A stretch of 64,000 bases of DNA from the human T2T-CHM13v2.0 reference genome, Homo sapiens (GCA_009914755.4 CP068257.2:42048001-42112000), one strand, 5' to 3'; positions 15,119 through 29,900 are shown, counted from the stretch's first letter. Notes: generated from the letters alone by a model not told the origin. Numbers and translations are program-made.

Positions 15119-15538
15119 TGATATAGCTTGGATATTGGTCCCTGCCCAAATCTCATGTTGGAATGTGATCCCTGGTGCTGGAGGTGGGACCTGATGGGAG
15201 GTGGAGGTCATGGGGGCGACTCCCTCAAGAATGGCTGGGGCCATCCCCTTGGCGACAACTGAGCTCCCTGCTCTGAGTTCACAGGAGAACTGGGTGTGTA
15301 GAAGTGTGTGGCACCCCCACCCCTCACTCTCTTGCTCCTGCTTTTGCCCTGTTGCGGCGCCTGCTCCCTGCTCGCCTCCCACCATGAGTGCGAGCTTCCC
15401 AAGGCCTCCCCAGAAGCTGATGCCAGAGCCAAGCTTCCTGTGCAGCCTGCAGAACCGTGAGCCAATTAAAGCTCTTTTCTTTATAAATAACCCAGTCTCA
15501 GGTATTTCTTTATAGCAATATGAGAACAGTCTAATACA
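15119..15538 (+). mobile_element. MaLR LTR (ERVL-MaLR; THE1/MST-type), + orientation
   Basis: It begins tgatatagcttggatattggtccctgcccaaatctcatgttggaatgtgatccc..ggaggtgggacctgatgggaggtg..ggtcatggggg and ends ...ctcttttctttataaataacccagtctcaggtatttctttatagcaatatgagaacagtctaataca. These are the canonical THE1/MST termini TGATATGGTTTGGCTGTGTCCCCACCCAAATCTCA ... AGCAGTGTGAGAACGGACTAATACA. Confidence 0.85.
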
Positions 15539-15544
15539 CTGTCT

Positions 15545-15760
<216 letters not shown>

Positions 15761-15944
15761 TTATTTTGCTGTTTATTTTTCTTTTTTCAGCAGGTGAGTT
15801 GGTGCACACCCTATAGCCGATTCCAGCTCTGTGGTGCCGTCCTGCTGTTATGTGATTATTTACAGGAGAGTTCACTTGGTTCACATCAGGGGTCACTCAT
15901 GATGGGCCCTTCTCTGGGTCTGTCAAATGCTAATCTCATGTGCA

Positions 15945-16090
15945 GACCATCACAGTGTCCTTTTCCGGCCCTAAAGCCCGCTGTGCTTCTCATATCCATT
16001 TCTTTCCCCCTTGACCATCACAGTGTCACACAAAGTCGTTTTCTGGCCCTAAAGCCCACTGTGCTTCTCCTATCCTTTCCTTTCCCCCTT
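15945..16090. repeat. ~70-bp tandem duplication (ccatcacagtgtc...ccctaaagcccgctgtgcttctc..tcctttcccc)
   Basis: Two adjacent near-identical copies. Confidence 0.75.
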
Positions 16091-16124
16091 GTCCTAACCT
16101 TCTGACAACACCTGACCATTTTCT

Positions 16125-16435
16125 TTTTTTGGAGAGAGGGTCTGCTCTGACTCCTAGACTGGAGTGCAGAGGCATGATCTTGGCTCACTGAAACCTCTGC
16201 CTCCTGGACTCAAGCAATCCTCCTGCCTTAGCCTTTCTCAAATAGCTAGGTCTACGCTACAGGGGTGTGCCACCACACATGGTTAATTTTTGGGTTTTTT
16301 TTGTTTTGTTTTGTTTTGTTTGAGATGGGGCCCCACTATATTGTCCAACCTGGTCTTGAACTCCTGGGCTCAAACATCCACCTGCCTCGGCCTCCCAAAG
16401 TGCTGGGATGACAGGCATGAGCCACCGCGCCTGCT
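16125..16435 (-). mobile_element. Alu, - orientation
   Basis: ttttttttggagagagggtctgctctgactcctagactggagtgcagaggcatgatcttggctcactgaaacctc...ggcatgagccaccgcgcctgc. Confidence 0.9.
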
Positions 16436-16557
16436 GGGATGACGGCATGAGCCACCGCGCCTGCTGGGATGGCGGCATGAGCCACCGTGCCTGCTGGGAT
16501 AATGGCATGAGCCACCGCGCCTGCTGGGATGACAGGCATGAGCCACCACGCCCAGCC
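16401..16557. repeat. 30-31-bp minisatellite x5 derived from the 5' terminus of the adjacent Alu (tgctgggatgacaggcatgagccaccgcgcc)
   Basis: Five head-to-tail copies with point variants (gacagg / gacgg / ggcgg / aatgg). Confidence 0.85.
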
Positions 16558-16862
16558 TCCTGACCTTTTAATTATCTCCATAGTTTTACCTTTTCCAGGA
16601 TGTCACTTGGTTGGAGTCACACAGTAGGCAGACTCTTCAGATCAGTGTCTTTCACTTGGTAATGTGCACCTAACGTTTCCTCACTATCGCTTCATGGCTT
16701 GATGGCTCACTCTTTTTCATTGCTGTATAATATTCCATTGCAAATGTACACTACAGTTTGTCTATTCATTCACCTACTGAGAGACACCTTGGTGGCTTCC
16801 AGTTTTTGACAATTACTAAAGCTGCTATAAACATTGGTGTGCAGGGTTTTGTGTAGACATAA

Positions 16863-17226
<364 letters not shown>

Positions 17227-17547
17227 AAGATGTTTACTTTCTAAGAAACCACCAAAGTGCCTTCCAAAGTGGCTACACCATTACAGTGTTCCCACCAGCA
17301 ATGAAGGAGAGTGCCATGTCCCGCCAGCACCCAGTGTTGTCAGTGTTCTGGACTTCAGCCATTGTAAGCAGTGCTTAGCGATGTTTCATTGTTTGAATTT
17401 GTACTTTTCTCATGGCATGGCGTTCAGAACTTTCCATATGTGTATTTGCCATTTGTATATCTTCTTTGGTGAGGTGTCTAGATCTTTTGCCTATTTTTTG
17501 GTTAGGTTGTTCCCTTATTGTTGAGTTTTAAGAATTCTTTCGCCAGT

Positions 17548-17845
17548 TGTGGTGGCTCACACCCGTAATCTGAGCACTTTGGGAGGCCGAGGCAGGCAGA
17601 TCACTTGAGCTCAGGAGTTTGAGACCAGCTTGGGCGACATGGTGAGACCTCTTCTCTACAAAATAAAAAAAGAGTACAAAAATTAGCCCGGCATGGTGAC
17701 ACACGCCTGTAGTACCCGCTACTCAGGAGGCTAAGGCGGGAGGATCACTTTAGCCCAGGGGACAGAGGTTGCAGTGAGCTGATGTGTGCTACTGTACTGC
17801 ACTCCAGCCTGGGTGGTAGAGCAAGACCCTATTTAAAAAAAAAAA
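17548..17845 (+). mobile_element. Alu, + orientation
   Basis: ccagttgtggtggctcacacccgtaatctgagcactttgggaggccgaggcaggcagatcac...gcctgggtggtagagcaagaccctatttaaaaaaaaaaaa. Confidence 0.9.
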
Positions 17846-17857
17846 AAGGAAAAAAGG

Positions 17858-18125
17858 CTGGGCGCAGTGGCTCATGCCTGTAATCCCAGCACTTTGGGAG
17901 GCTGAGGCGGGCGGATTACTTGAGGTCAGGAGTTCGAGACCAGCCTGGCCAACATGATAAAACCCCATCTCTACTAAAAATACAAAAATTAGCCGGGTGT
18001 GGTGGCAGGCGCCTGTAATCCCAGCTACTCGGGAGGCCGAGGCAGGAGAATCACTTGAACCTGGGAAGTGGAGGTGTCAGTGGGCCAAGATCACGCCACT
18101 GCACTCCAGCCTGGGCAACAGCAAG
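17858..18125 (+). mobile_element. Alu, + orientation, whose tail is replaced by a purine microsatellite
   Basis: ggctgggcgcagtggctcatgcctgtaatcccagcactttgggaggctgaggcgggcggattac...ccagcctgggcaacagcaagacgaaagag. Confidence 0.9.
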
Positions 18126-18246
18126 ACGAAAGAGAAAGAGAGAAAGGGAGAAACAGAGGAGAGAAAACAAAGGAAGGAAGGGAAAGAAAGAAAAGAGAGA
18201 AGGAAAGAAAGAGAGAGAGAAAGAAAGAGAGGAAAGAAAGAAAGAA
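18124..18246. repeat. Polypurine (GAAA)n/(GA)n/(GGAA)n microsatellite, ~120 bp, homopurine on the + strand
   Basis: gaaagagaaagagagaaagggagaaacagaggagagaaaacaaaggaaggaagggaaagaaagaaaagagagaaggaaagaaagagagagagaaagaaagagaggaaagaaagaaagaaa. Confidence 0.9.
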
Positions 18247-18269
18247 ATCCTTGTATATTTAGGACTCAA

Positions 18270-18450
18270 ATCCTTTATTGATGTTTTGTACGATTTAAAG
18301 ATTCCTTTGGTGGTGGGACGCAATACAGTGACACTCAGCTAGAGGAGAGGCAGAAGCCTGTGTATTGATGTTTTATAAGATCTAAAGATTCTTTTGGTGG
18401 TGGGACGCAATACAGTGACACTCAGCTAGAGGACAGGCAGAAGCCTGTGT
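18270..18450. repeat. ~90-bp tandem duplication (attgatgttttgta..gatttaaagattcctttggtggtgggacgcaatacagtgacactcagctagaggagaggcagaagcctgtgt)
   Basis: Two adjacent copies with ~95% identity. Confidence 0.8.
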
Positions 18451-18989
18451 GACTTACAGCTCTAACAAGAGGCCGCCGCCAGGCAGGGTCACACGGGGGA
18501 TTGTGCCTCGGACGTCAGTGGACTGGACACAGCCCAGGAGAGAATCTGCAAGCTGAGGACATGTCCATAGACTTCCCCAACTGAAATGCAAGGAGAAAAA
18601 AGAGTAAAAATAACTGAACAGAATATCCTAGAACTACGGGACAATTATAGAAGGTAATTTACACACTCATAATGGCAATACCAGAAGAGGAGAGGGAGAA
18701 AGGGATAGAAGAAATATTTGAAGTAATAATGGCTTCTCATTTTTCAAAATTGGTGTCAGACACCAAACCACAGATCTAGGAAGCTTAGAGAACACTAAGT
18801 ACAACAAATGCCAAAAAATAGGAACTTTGGCATGTCGTATTCAAACTGCAGGAAACCAGAGACAGAATATCTTGAAAGATGTCGGAGGGAAAGTACCTTC
18901 CTATAGAGGAACAAGAATACGGATCACACTGGACTTCCATCAAAAATCATGTGATCTGGGTACTGGAAGCTACATGTAAAGAAGAAATT

Positions 18990-19275
18990 CATGCTCACGC
19001 CTGTAATCCCAGCACTTTGGGAGGCCGAGGCGGGCGGATCACGAGGTCAGGAGATCGAGATCATCCTGGCTAACACGGTGAAACCCCATCTCTACTGAAA
19101 ATACAAAAAAATTAGCCAGGCGTGGCAGTGGGTGCCTATAGTCTCAGCTACTCGGGAGGCTGAGGCAGGAGAATGGCGTGAACCCGGGAGGCGGAGCTTG
19201 CAGTGAGCCGAGATCGTACCACTGGCACTCCAGCCTGGGCGACAGAGACTCGGTCTCAAAAAACAAAACAAAACA
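18990..19275 (+). mobile_element. Alu (young AluY-like), + orientation, 5' truncated by a few bp
   Basis: gctcacgcctgtaatcccagcactttgggaggccgaggcgggcggatcacgaggtcaggagatcgagatcatcctggctaacacggtgaaaccccatctctac...cctgggcgacagagactcggtctcaaaaaacaaaacaaaacaaaaac. Confidence 0.9.
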
Positions 19276-19456
19276 AAAACCCAAAAGAAGAGGCACCTGA
19301 GCCGCTTGCTTGAGCCTGCTCCCACTCTGAAATGTCTTCAGTAAATCTGTGCTTTCCTTGCTTCTCCTGTTGCTTTCTCTTTCATGGCTTGGCTCTTTTG
19401 TTACTTTGTGCATTTTGTTAAAGCATCCCCCGCTAACTAAGACACCGCTCAGGGTC

Positions 19457-19785
19457 GGGCACAGTGGCTCACACCTATAATCCCAGCACTTTGAGAGGCC
19501 GAGGCAGGTGGGTCACCTGAGGTCGGGAGTTCAAGATCAGTCTGACCAACACGGAGACCCCATCTCTACCAAAAATACAAAAAAAAAATTAGCTGGGCGT
19601 GGTGGCACATGCCTATAATCCCGGCTACTCAGAAGGTTGAGGCAGGAGAATCACTTGAACCCGGGAGGCGAGGGTTGCGGTGAGCCGAGATCACGCCATT
19701 GCACTCCAGCCTCTGCCCAACAAGAGCGAAACTCCGTCTCAAAAAAAAAAAAAAAAAGAAAGAAAGAAAAAAAAAAGAGACACCG
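19457..19785 (+). mobile_element. Alu, + orientation
   Basis: gggtcgggcacagtggctcacacctataatcccagcactttgagaggccgaggcaggtgggtcacc...cagcctctgcccaacaagagcgaaactccgtctcaaaaaaaaaaaaaaaaaa. Confidence 0.9.
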
Positions 19786-20553
19786 CTCAAACTTCTGGCC
19801 AAACACAAATCCTGAATGACTTTTAACATCCTTTATGGTAATTAAGGAACCCTGTGGTGCTGGGAGGCAGTTGCTCAAACAACCTCTGGGCATGGTCTGC
19901 TGGCAAGGGCATTTCATTTGCCGCCAGGGTGTGGACGGACATTTATTTACACAGTCATACCTGAGACAGAGTAGGGACGGGCTGGCTCGGTTAACCCCCC
20001 ACTAGAGCATTCTCTCATGCCTTCCACGGATCACACACCCCACGCCACTACCTGGCTTGACACCAAACTCGCTAACCCTGAGACTTTGGTCATACAAGGA
20101 AAACAGCCGTTTATAGTGCTCTTCTGTGCTCTTGTAATATTTAACCAGGCCTTTTACTTAAAGAATTTCAGGAACTGGCCTTAAAAGATCCAGAATATCA
20201 ACCAAGGTTGTAGAATGTCCCCACCTTGGAAAGGAATGCTGAGCAACAGATTTACAGCCTCGCTGCCCCAGCCAGCCAGCTAGCTGGCCCATGACTCAAA
20301 ATAACCGTCGCAACCAGAAGTGCTGATCAGCCTGTCCCAGTCCTCGGAGGCCTTCCCCAGCCCAGCCTGCACACCCTACCCTGATATCAGTTTCCACCCT
20401 TTGCCTGACAAAAAGTCCTAACCAACTCCTTTCCAGGACTCAGTCAGGGACTCTCTCTCCCTTGGGCCGCCTCCCTTATGCCTGGACATAAGCTCCAATG
20501 AAGCCTTGTCTGGGAAAACTCTTTTGGCCCCATGTCAATTTCCATTGCATTGA

Positions 20554-21240
<687 letters not shown>

Positions 21241-21597
21241 AAAGCAAGCTTTTAAAAAAAGTATTGATAACATGACGTGTGGTCACCATAACCATGGTCA
21301 TGTAAAACAAAAATAAAATTCTGAGGCCCCCCAACCATCTGAATGGACTTCCTCCTCAGCCAGGGAACTCTGAAAATTTAACCTGAGAGACTGGTTCAGG
21401 CCATGATGGGAAGTGGGGATGGGATGTGCCTTATTCTACCTCTCCAGCATTAACATCAATGCAGACTTCAAGTCTGATAAGAAACATTTGACAACCCATT
21501 CTCTCTAAAGCCTGCTACCTGAAGGCTTCCTTTGAAAGTAAGAGCTTCAGTCTCTACAATCGTTGATCTTAACAGACGTTCCTTTCTATTGATCCCA

Positions 21598-21901
21598 GGT
21601 CTTTTTTTCTTTTTTTTTTTTGAGGCGGAGTCTCGCTCTGTCACCCAGGCTGGAGTGCAGTGGCGTGATCTCGGCTCACTGCAAGCTCCGCCTCCCGGGT
21701 TCGCCATTCTCCTGCCTCAGCCTCCCAAGTAGCTGAGACTACAGGCTCCCGCCACCACGCCCAGCTAATTTTTTGTATTTTTAGTAGAGATGGGGTTTCA
21801 CCGTGTTAGCCAGGATGGTCTCGATCTCCCGACCTCTTGATTCGCCCACCTCAGCCTCCCAAAGTGCTGGGATTACAGGTGTGAGCCACCGCGCCCGGCC
21901 A
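21598..21901 (-). mobile_element. Alu (AluY-like), - orientation
   Basis: ttttttcttttttttttttgaggcggagtctcgctctgtcacccaggctggagtgcagtggcgtgatctcggctcactgcaagctccgcctcccgggttcgccattctcc...ggtgtgagccaccgcgcccggcc. TSD cccaggtcttt. Confidence 0.9.
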
Positions 21902-21941
21902 GTCCCAGGTCTTTAAATAAACTCAACCAATTGTCAACCAG

Positions 21942-22240
21942 AAATTTTTTTTTTTTTTTTTTTTTTTGAGAGGGAGTCTCACTCTGTCGCCCAGGCTGGA
22001 ATGCAGTGGCGTGATCTCGGCTCACTGCAAGCTCCGCCTCCTGGTTCACGCCATTCTCCTGCCTCAGCCTCCGAGTAGCTGGGACTACAGGCGCCAGGCT
22101 AATTTTTTTGTATTTTTAGTAGAGATGGGGTTTCACATGTTAGCCAGGATGGTCTCGATCTCCTGACCTTGTGATCCGCCCATCTCGGCCTCCCAAAGTG
22201 CTGGGATTACGGGCATGAGCCACCGTGTCTACTCTGTCAA
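21942..22240 (-). mobile_element. Alu, - orientation (internal deletion)
   Basis: poly-T..gagagggagtctcactctgtcgcccaggctggaatgcagtggcgtgatctcggctcactgcaagctccgcctcctggttcacgccattctcc...ggcatgagccaccgtgtctac. TSD tgtcaaccagaaa. Confidence 0.9.
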
Positions 22241-22324
22241 CCAGAAAATTTTTAAATCTACTTATAAGCTGGAAATCCCCCCAACCCCCTTCAAGTTGTC
22301 TCACATTTCTGGACAAAACCAATG

Positions 22325-22612
22325 TATTTTTTTTTTGAGACAGAGTCTCGCTCTGTCACCCAGGCTGGAGTGCAGTTGCGCGATCTTGGCTCACTGCAAT
22401 CTCCTCCTCCTAGGTTCAAGTGATTCTCCTACCTCAGCCTCCTGAGTAGCTGGGACTACAGGTGCCCGCCATCATGCCTGGCTAATTTTTATATTTTTAG
22501 TAGAGACAGGGTTTCACCATATTGGCCAGGCTGGTTTTGAACTCCTGACCTTGTGATCCTCCTGCCTTGGCCTCCCAAAGTGCTGGGATTACAGGCATGA
22601 GCCACCATTCCT
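22325..22612 (-). mobile_element. Alu, - orientation (first of a tandem pair)
   Basis: ttttttttttgagacagagtctcgctctgtcacccaggctggagtgcagttgcgcgatcttggctcactgcaatctcc...ggcatgagccaccattcctggc. Confidence 0.9.
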
Positions 22613-22626
22613 GGCAAAACCAATTT

Positions 22627-22915
22627 TTTTTTTTTGAGATGGAGTCTTGCTCTGTCGCCCAGGCTGGAGTCCAGTGGTGTGATCTCGACTCACTGCAACG
22701 TCTGCCTCCTGGGTTCAAGTGATTCTCCTGCCTTAGCCTCCTGAGTTGTCGGGATTACAAGCACACACCACCATGCCCAGCTAATTTTTGTATTTTTAGT
22801 AGAGACAGGGTTTTGCCACGTTGGCCAGGCTGGTCTTGAACTCCCAACCTCAGGTGATTCGCCCACCTTGGCCTCCCAAAGTGCTGGGATTACAAGTGTA
22901 AGCCACCATGCCCAG
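22627..22915 (-). mobile_element. Alu, - orientation (second of a tandem pair; the pair sits inside one TSD aaaaccaatgtatt)
   Basis: ttttttttttttgagatggagtcttgctctgtcgcccaggctggagtccagtggtgtgatctcgactcactgcaacgtc...gtgtaagccaccatgcccagcc. The flanks read ggacaaaaccaatgtattt ... ggcaaaaccaatt ... ccaaaaccaatgtatttc. Confidence 0.9.
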
Positions 22916-24981
22916 CCCAAAACCAATGTATTTCTTAAATGTATTTGATTGAAGTTTCACGTTTCCCTAAAATGTCTAAAACCAACCTGCACCCTGACCA
23001 CCTTGGGCACATGTTCTCAGGACCTCCTGAGGCCTGTGTTGATACGGACAGGAGACAGGGAAATACTGGGTAGAAGAGGGCAGTTCCCTGGGAAAGCCCC
23101 CGCCCTCAAGCCTGGAAACCCACGGCCCTAAATGGGAACAGGCATTCCTGTTTTTGCACCCAAAAGTTGCCTTTTGGTCTGCCATGTCCCCCGTCCTGTA
23201 CCCATATAAACCCCAAATCCCTGTCTCCATGAGGAGACAAACAGAAGAGCAGAAGGATGGCAGAATGGTGGGGCAGAGAGAAGGAGTGTCTGAACACCAA
23301 GAGGAGTTCAGCTGGGGGACGGTCAGAGGGGAGATCAGCTGCTGGACGGCCAAACTCCAAGGGAAGATCATCTTCCCACTCCATCCCCTCTCAGCTCCCC
23401 ATCCATCCCACTGAGAGCCACCTCCACCACTCCATAAAACCCCCGCATTCATCCTTCAAGTCTGTGTGCGACTTGGTTCTTCCTGGATGCTGGATGAGGA
23501 CCTGGGTACCAAGAGGGCACTGGCTGGTTAAGATTTAAGCCATCTGCAGATGGCAAGGCTAAAGAGTGCACTGTAACACATGCCCGCTTGGGCTTCGGGA
23601 GTCGCAGACACCCACCCCTGGATGCTGCTGTGGGGCTGGAGCCCAGGGGCACTCATCCCCGCTCCTGCACCTGCCCGTCTCTGTGCTCCCCCTCCTGTAA
23701 GGGGTTTGAACATGCATGGCGGCTCAACAGACAAGTCACACCCTTGTTGCACATCCTGCAAGAGGGGTCAGGGAACTCTCCCATTTCAGTGTCATGGGCC
23801 ATGGTCACTGATAATTGGCTTAGAATAAATTTCTTTCAATATTTTACAGATTTTGACTCTTTTTGTTGACATTTTCCAAGGTTCACCGTCCTTTGAGGGC
23901 ACACTGTGTTGCCACCATAACTCAGCTGGTCATGCCTCGAATGCTCTGGTGGAAGACCCGCTTGGTGTCAGTTCTCTCAGGTCCTCTCTTTTCTTTCTCA
24001 GTGAATGACTTTCTGGACACCATCTCCAGGACCCCATCCACTTGCCTCCCCAGGTGGAACCCAGCTCTGGGTCTCTCCAACCACTTGTTCCCTAGGGGAG
24101 CCTCCCTGGCCACCACCCAGCTGGGGGCCACCCCTCCAGGGCTCTCTCCCTGGAAAGGCTGACCTAGGGGTACAGGCTGGGGTGGCAGCCCACCCAATCG
24201 AAGCGAGGCATCCCATTCGTCTCCTGGACTGGGCATCTTTTCAGTAGACTCGTAGTGTCTAGAAGGTCTTTACTATCTGAGTCATCAAGGAAAAAGCTTT
24301 GCTCTTGGACTGATAATTAGTGGCAAGTGACATGTGCTCATAAAAACACCAAATTAGCTCATCTGCCCACACAGTGCCTTTCACCCTTGGGTGGTCTCAG
24401 AAGCACCTGCAGAGCTAAAAAGGAGCTCAGCGCCAGGCTCAGTGAGGTAGGACAGGGCTGGGCCTAGGTGTGTGTATCCAGTTCCCTGGGTGACTCTAAA
24501 ATGACCAGTGTGAGAACCACAGGCACTGGCCATCTGCACAACAGCTGGGAACGGGCAACCAGATCTTTGAAAAGCCCAAGAAACCACAGGCAAAAATGTA
24601 CTCACCACAATGACATTTTCAGAGTTTCGATCAGAGCCCTCTGTCGAGAAGGAGGGTCCTGGAGCCCACGGGCCTGGAGGCTGGTCAGCTCTCTTCCATG
24701 CCTCCCCTGCTCTTTCCTCTTAGTGCTTGGGACCAAAGGTGTGATAGGATGGGGGGGGTGGGGGCTGGGGATGGGGAAGGGACCATGGATGATGGATCAA
24801 AGTGTGGAAGGACGAAATCCACTGCAGAGAGAGAGATTCATCAGGCGCTCCTAAGAGCCAAGGGCGAGAGACTCACAGAGTAGGATGAGCAAAGGGTAGT
24901 AAGGGCAGTTGTTGGTGCTGCCTTTGTAGGTTCCTGGGGCTCTCACCCAGCACTGCTTGTCACCAACTCTGTAACCTCTGA

Positions 24982-25566
<585 letters not shown>

Positions 25567-26431
25567 ATGTTAGCTATTATTAATGGACAATTATGACTAA
25601 TTATGAAGTACTTTCTTTTAAAAGCCTAGATCTCTAAGTAATGTCTTCCTCCCTCAGTCCTCAGCACCCGCCTGGTCGGGCATTGGGTCTCACCAAGCTA
25701 CAGAGCCCTAGGTGCGCTGTGTTAGGTCACCAAGACTTTAGTCTGGTGATACTGACCCCAGGGCCCCAAATCACCATGTCTGCAAGTCTGGAACCCAAAG
25801 GCCTCCGTTCCCCGGGGTGGTGCAGGGAAGCCGCAGGGAGTGCGTCAGCTGTGGAGAGCGTAGGGGTGGGAAGTGAAGGCTGTGGGGTCCCCCAGGGGGT
25901 CAGGTTCGTCCTCGAAGGCAGGCCCTCCACAGGAAGACCTGGTTGGGGTGGGATCGGACACGCGGCCCAGACCCAGGCACCTGTGGATGGACGGCCGGGC
26001 ATGTGGCCATCGGCTGGGGGCCTCTGCAGGCCGCGCCACCAGAGTGGGCACTCAGGGTCCGCAAGGGTCTGGGGCGCCCCCAGAGAAGCCCGCCGCCCCA
26101 GGCCGGTGCGGAGTTGACTGGGTCCCCCCGGCCCCGTGTCTGTCAGCTCCCGCGCGGCCCCTGGGAAGGGACGCGGATCGGATGCGGGCTCCGGGCCCTG
26201 CAGGCAGTTGAGAGCGCGGTTCCCTTGGGTATCCGGGGTCCGGGGTCACTTTCGCGCCTCCGCACTATTCCCACGCCCGCGCGCACTCTCGTGGCCATCC
26301 GCGTTGCGAGAGTGTCGCGCCCGGAGGTCAGGGGCGTGGAGCCCGGGCCCCCGAGTCTCCCCTGCGTGCGGCGGGGCGCGGGGCGCGGGGCGCGGGGCGC
26401 AGGGCTGAGGCGGAGCACAATGGTTGAATGA

Positions 26432-26957
<526 letters not shown>

Positions 26958-29900
26958 CCGAGCCCGTGACCTTGGCGGGGCTGCCCGAGACGAGCCTCAG
27001 TTCCCCGAGGGAGGCTCGGGAGCTGCGGGCAGAGCCTGGCGCGGGCGCCCTGGAGGCAGGCGCGGGATGAGCCTCCCGCTCTGCTTGGCTTGCGGGGGCG
27101 GAAGCGGAGGGCTGAGCGCTCTGCGGGCCCCTGCGGGTGGGACGGGTCCGGCGTCGGGGTACGCGGGTAGGAGGGAGCCCTGTGCACCAGCTATGGCGCA
27201 GCCGCTCGTCCTCGCCCCTTCCCGCCGACCGGGCCAACTGCCGCGGGGGCGGGCGGGCGGTGCGGCTCCCGGAGGCGAGGAAATGTCGCAGAGCCCCGAG
27301 GAGTCCCGGAGCAGTCACGCGAGCCGGGACCTTGCCCCGCTGGAACGCAGAAGCGGCCGTGGAGCTCGAGACGCTCGCGCGCTCACCTCCTGGGCCCCTG
27401 TGCGTGGGGAAGTCAGGAAGAAGACGCCGAGTGAGGTCACGGTGCCCACGAGGGTGGATTCCCCTCGGCCTGACCACGCCAGGAGGTGGCCGAAGGGAAG
27501 AGGGTGGGGCAGGGGCTGCTCTGCACCCTCTAGCAGAGCGGCATCCCTGCAGGTGTTTGCTCTGACGAGGAGAAGCCCCAGAGAGCAGTTCGGGACTGTG
27601 CGGATTGGCTTTAGGGAGCCAGCTTTTAAAACGCGTTGGCCCACGGCCTCCTGGTTGCAGCTAAGTGGCCCGTGGAGGGGTAGGAGAGGCCTGGGTGCAG
27701 TGGCGTGGGTGTCACGCAGGGCCGAGGCAGAACCAGGACGACGGGCACTTCCTGGCCTTGTCGAGTCAGCAGGAGGGCTGGGGGTGCCCTGCCGGGTCGT
27801 GCTCTCCTGTGCTGCCCACCTGCGGCCTGGTCACTGGGGACGGGAGCAGGTATGCCTGGTCCCTGTGCTGGGCCCCACGGGATGTAAAGAAGGGCCACCT
27901 GGGCACGGCGGGGCCTGCGGTGCGGGCTGGCCTGGGAGGAGGACAGGAAGAGGGGAGCAGAGCTTCAGTGGAATTTGAGGGCTGACCTAGGCGTGCCCCC
28001 AGGAGGACCAAGCTGAGCAGAGTTGAGCGTGGAAAGGCAGGGGGTTCGAGTCCGAAGTAAGTGGAGGTCCTGTTGGGAAGGATGCGGTGCTTCACAGGTG
28101 GTCTTACTTGAGACCCTGTTCCATCCAGCTGCAGGCAGACCCTGCCTGGGACAGTCAGGGTGCACCGGTTCTGTGGCTCCGGCTCTTAAGCACTGCTCTG
28201 GACCACTCCTAGCTTGAGGGGGTTGGGGGAGGTCACCACAGGCTGGCGGATTGCTTGGGCAGAGTCAGAGGTAGGATTGGGCTTGGGAAGAAAGGTGCAG
28301 GGTGCCTGAAGCAGGGGCAGCCAGGCAGTGTGGAACCAGGGGGCTCTGAGGACAGCGTCCACTCTCTTGGCAGAAGTGTGCAGGTCCTGCTGTGTCTGTC
28401 CCGTCCCTCCTCCCATCCACCTCCTACTTCATTGGGCAAACTGTTTCCTTCTTTGGCTCACTCGGGATCCCCCAGCAATGTCCTTTGTTCTCGAACTCCC
28501 AGTGACTCGAGGGGTGTCCTCTGATTGCTCACCTCAGGTGGAGCCTCGAAAGGATGGCGCTGCTGTTCCTACCTCGGGTCTCCCCAGTGCACGGCATCCT
28601 TACCTGTGGGCTCCACAGGGTTCCATGCAGGCATTTTGCTCCCATACCCCGATGTCCAAGCCCGGCTGGACAAGGAGAAGCAATGTGATGACCGAGGGGC
28701 TGAGATGGCTGGAGACCCAGCGAGCCTGGACCAGCCTTAGTGGGCACAGGAGGGAATGGGGGACAGAGCCTGGAAATGGCCTTGGGGCCAGTGTTTGCCG
28801 CTTCTAGCTGCAGTTCCAAGGGGACGTGTCCCCAAAGTCTAGAGCTGCTCTTGCAAGAGTTTGTTCTTGATTTTGATCATCACATGTGGCTTAGGACTCC
28901 AAAGCCTTGTTCACATAGCTGAATGTGAGGAAAGAAAACTTAGAAACTGGCAGAACATAGCCTCTGGCTGGGCCCCAGAGATTTGCCTCAAGGCTACTTG
29001 GAATGAGACTGGAGAATGCCTCAGGGGTGTGGCATGTAGCAGGGCGGCTGGAGAGGCGCCTTATGGGGACTGACCCAGGTGTCTGGGGGTCCCACCTCAA
29101 AGCAGGTGTCTCCACATCTTGGAATTCCAGCTGAGGGACCTGGCCCTGGTTTCTGAGCCTTCCGGAGTCTCACCTGCAAACTAGGCACAATACCTGTTTG
29201 CAAGATAGCACCAGGGCTCCTTGTGCCCTTCATGCCAGGCTCAGGGTACACCTATTGCCAGGGAGCTCCCACTGATTCCTTGTGAGTGTAGCACAGATTT
29301 GTTGCGACTGGACCATCTGCACGTCTGGGCTTCAGAGCTGTTCTCCCCAGCTGTTTTCTGCCAGGTCCTGTCAGAGGCAGCCACCCTCCCTGGGCAGAGC
29401 AAAACCTTGAGCCTGTGTTTGGATTTTGTTTCTGGGCCTAAGCCTAAGGTACATATTAGTGGTGGGGAACTAAAGGAGGGAACATGTTGGCATGACCAGT
29501 ACTGGCAGGAGGTGCAGTGTGTCAGGCAGCATGATTGGGGTTTGCAGATAGAACGCAGAGGGCAAGGGCAGGCTTGAGGTTTGGGGGTGCATGGAGGAGA
29601 GGAGCTGGGGGGGCTGCCCAAGTCAAGCACAGACCTGCCCAAGACAGGCCATGGGATGCACCCTGGGGTGGGGCACTTCCCCGCTGCTCTGGCTTGGATT
29701 CTAGACAGGAAGGAGTGGAGGGAACTAGTGGCTGCGGCCATCTGCCCTTCCACATTGCTAGGACTGTTTCCTCTTGGGTGTAGGAAACCTCAGGTTCTTC
29801 CAGGGCTGGGAGGTTTGGCTCTTTGGAGCCCCAGGTGTGTATGTGTGGAAAGCCTTCCTGGCTATCAGTTCAGCAGCTCACATGTTTCTGTAGGCCTCAC

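Noticed and set aside
18055-18342. Lys/Glu/Arg-rich ORFs (KRKREREKQRRENKGRKGKKEKREGKKEREKEREERKKE)
   Set aside because: They are translations of the (GAAA)n/(GA)n polypurine microsatellite plus the Alu tail.
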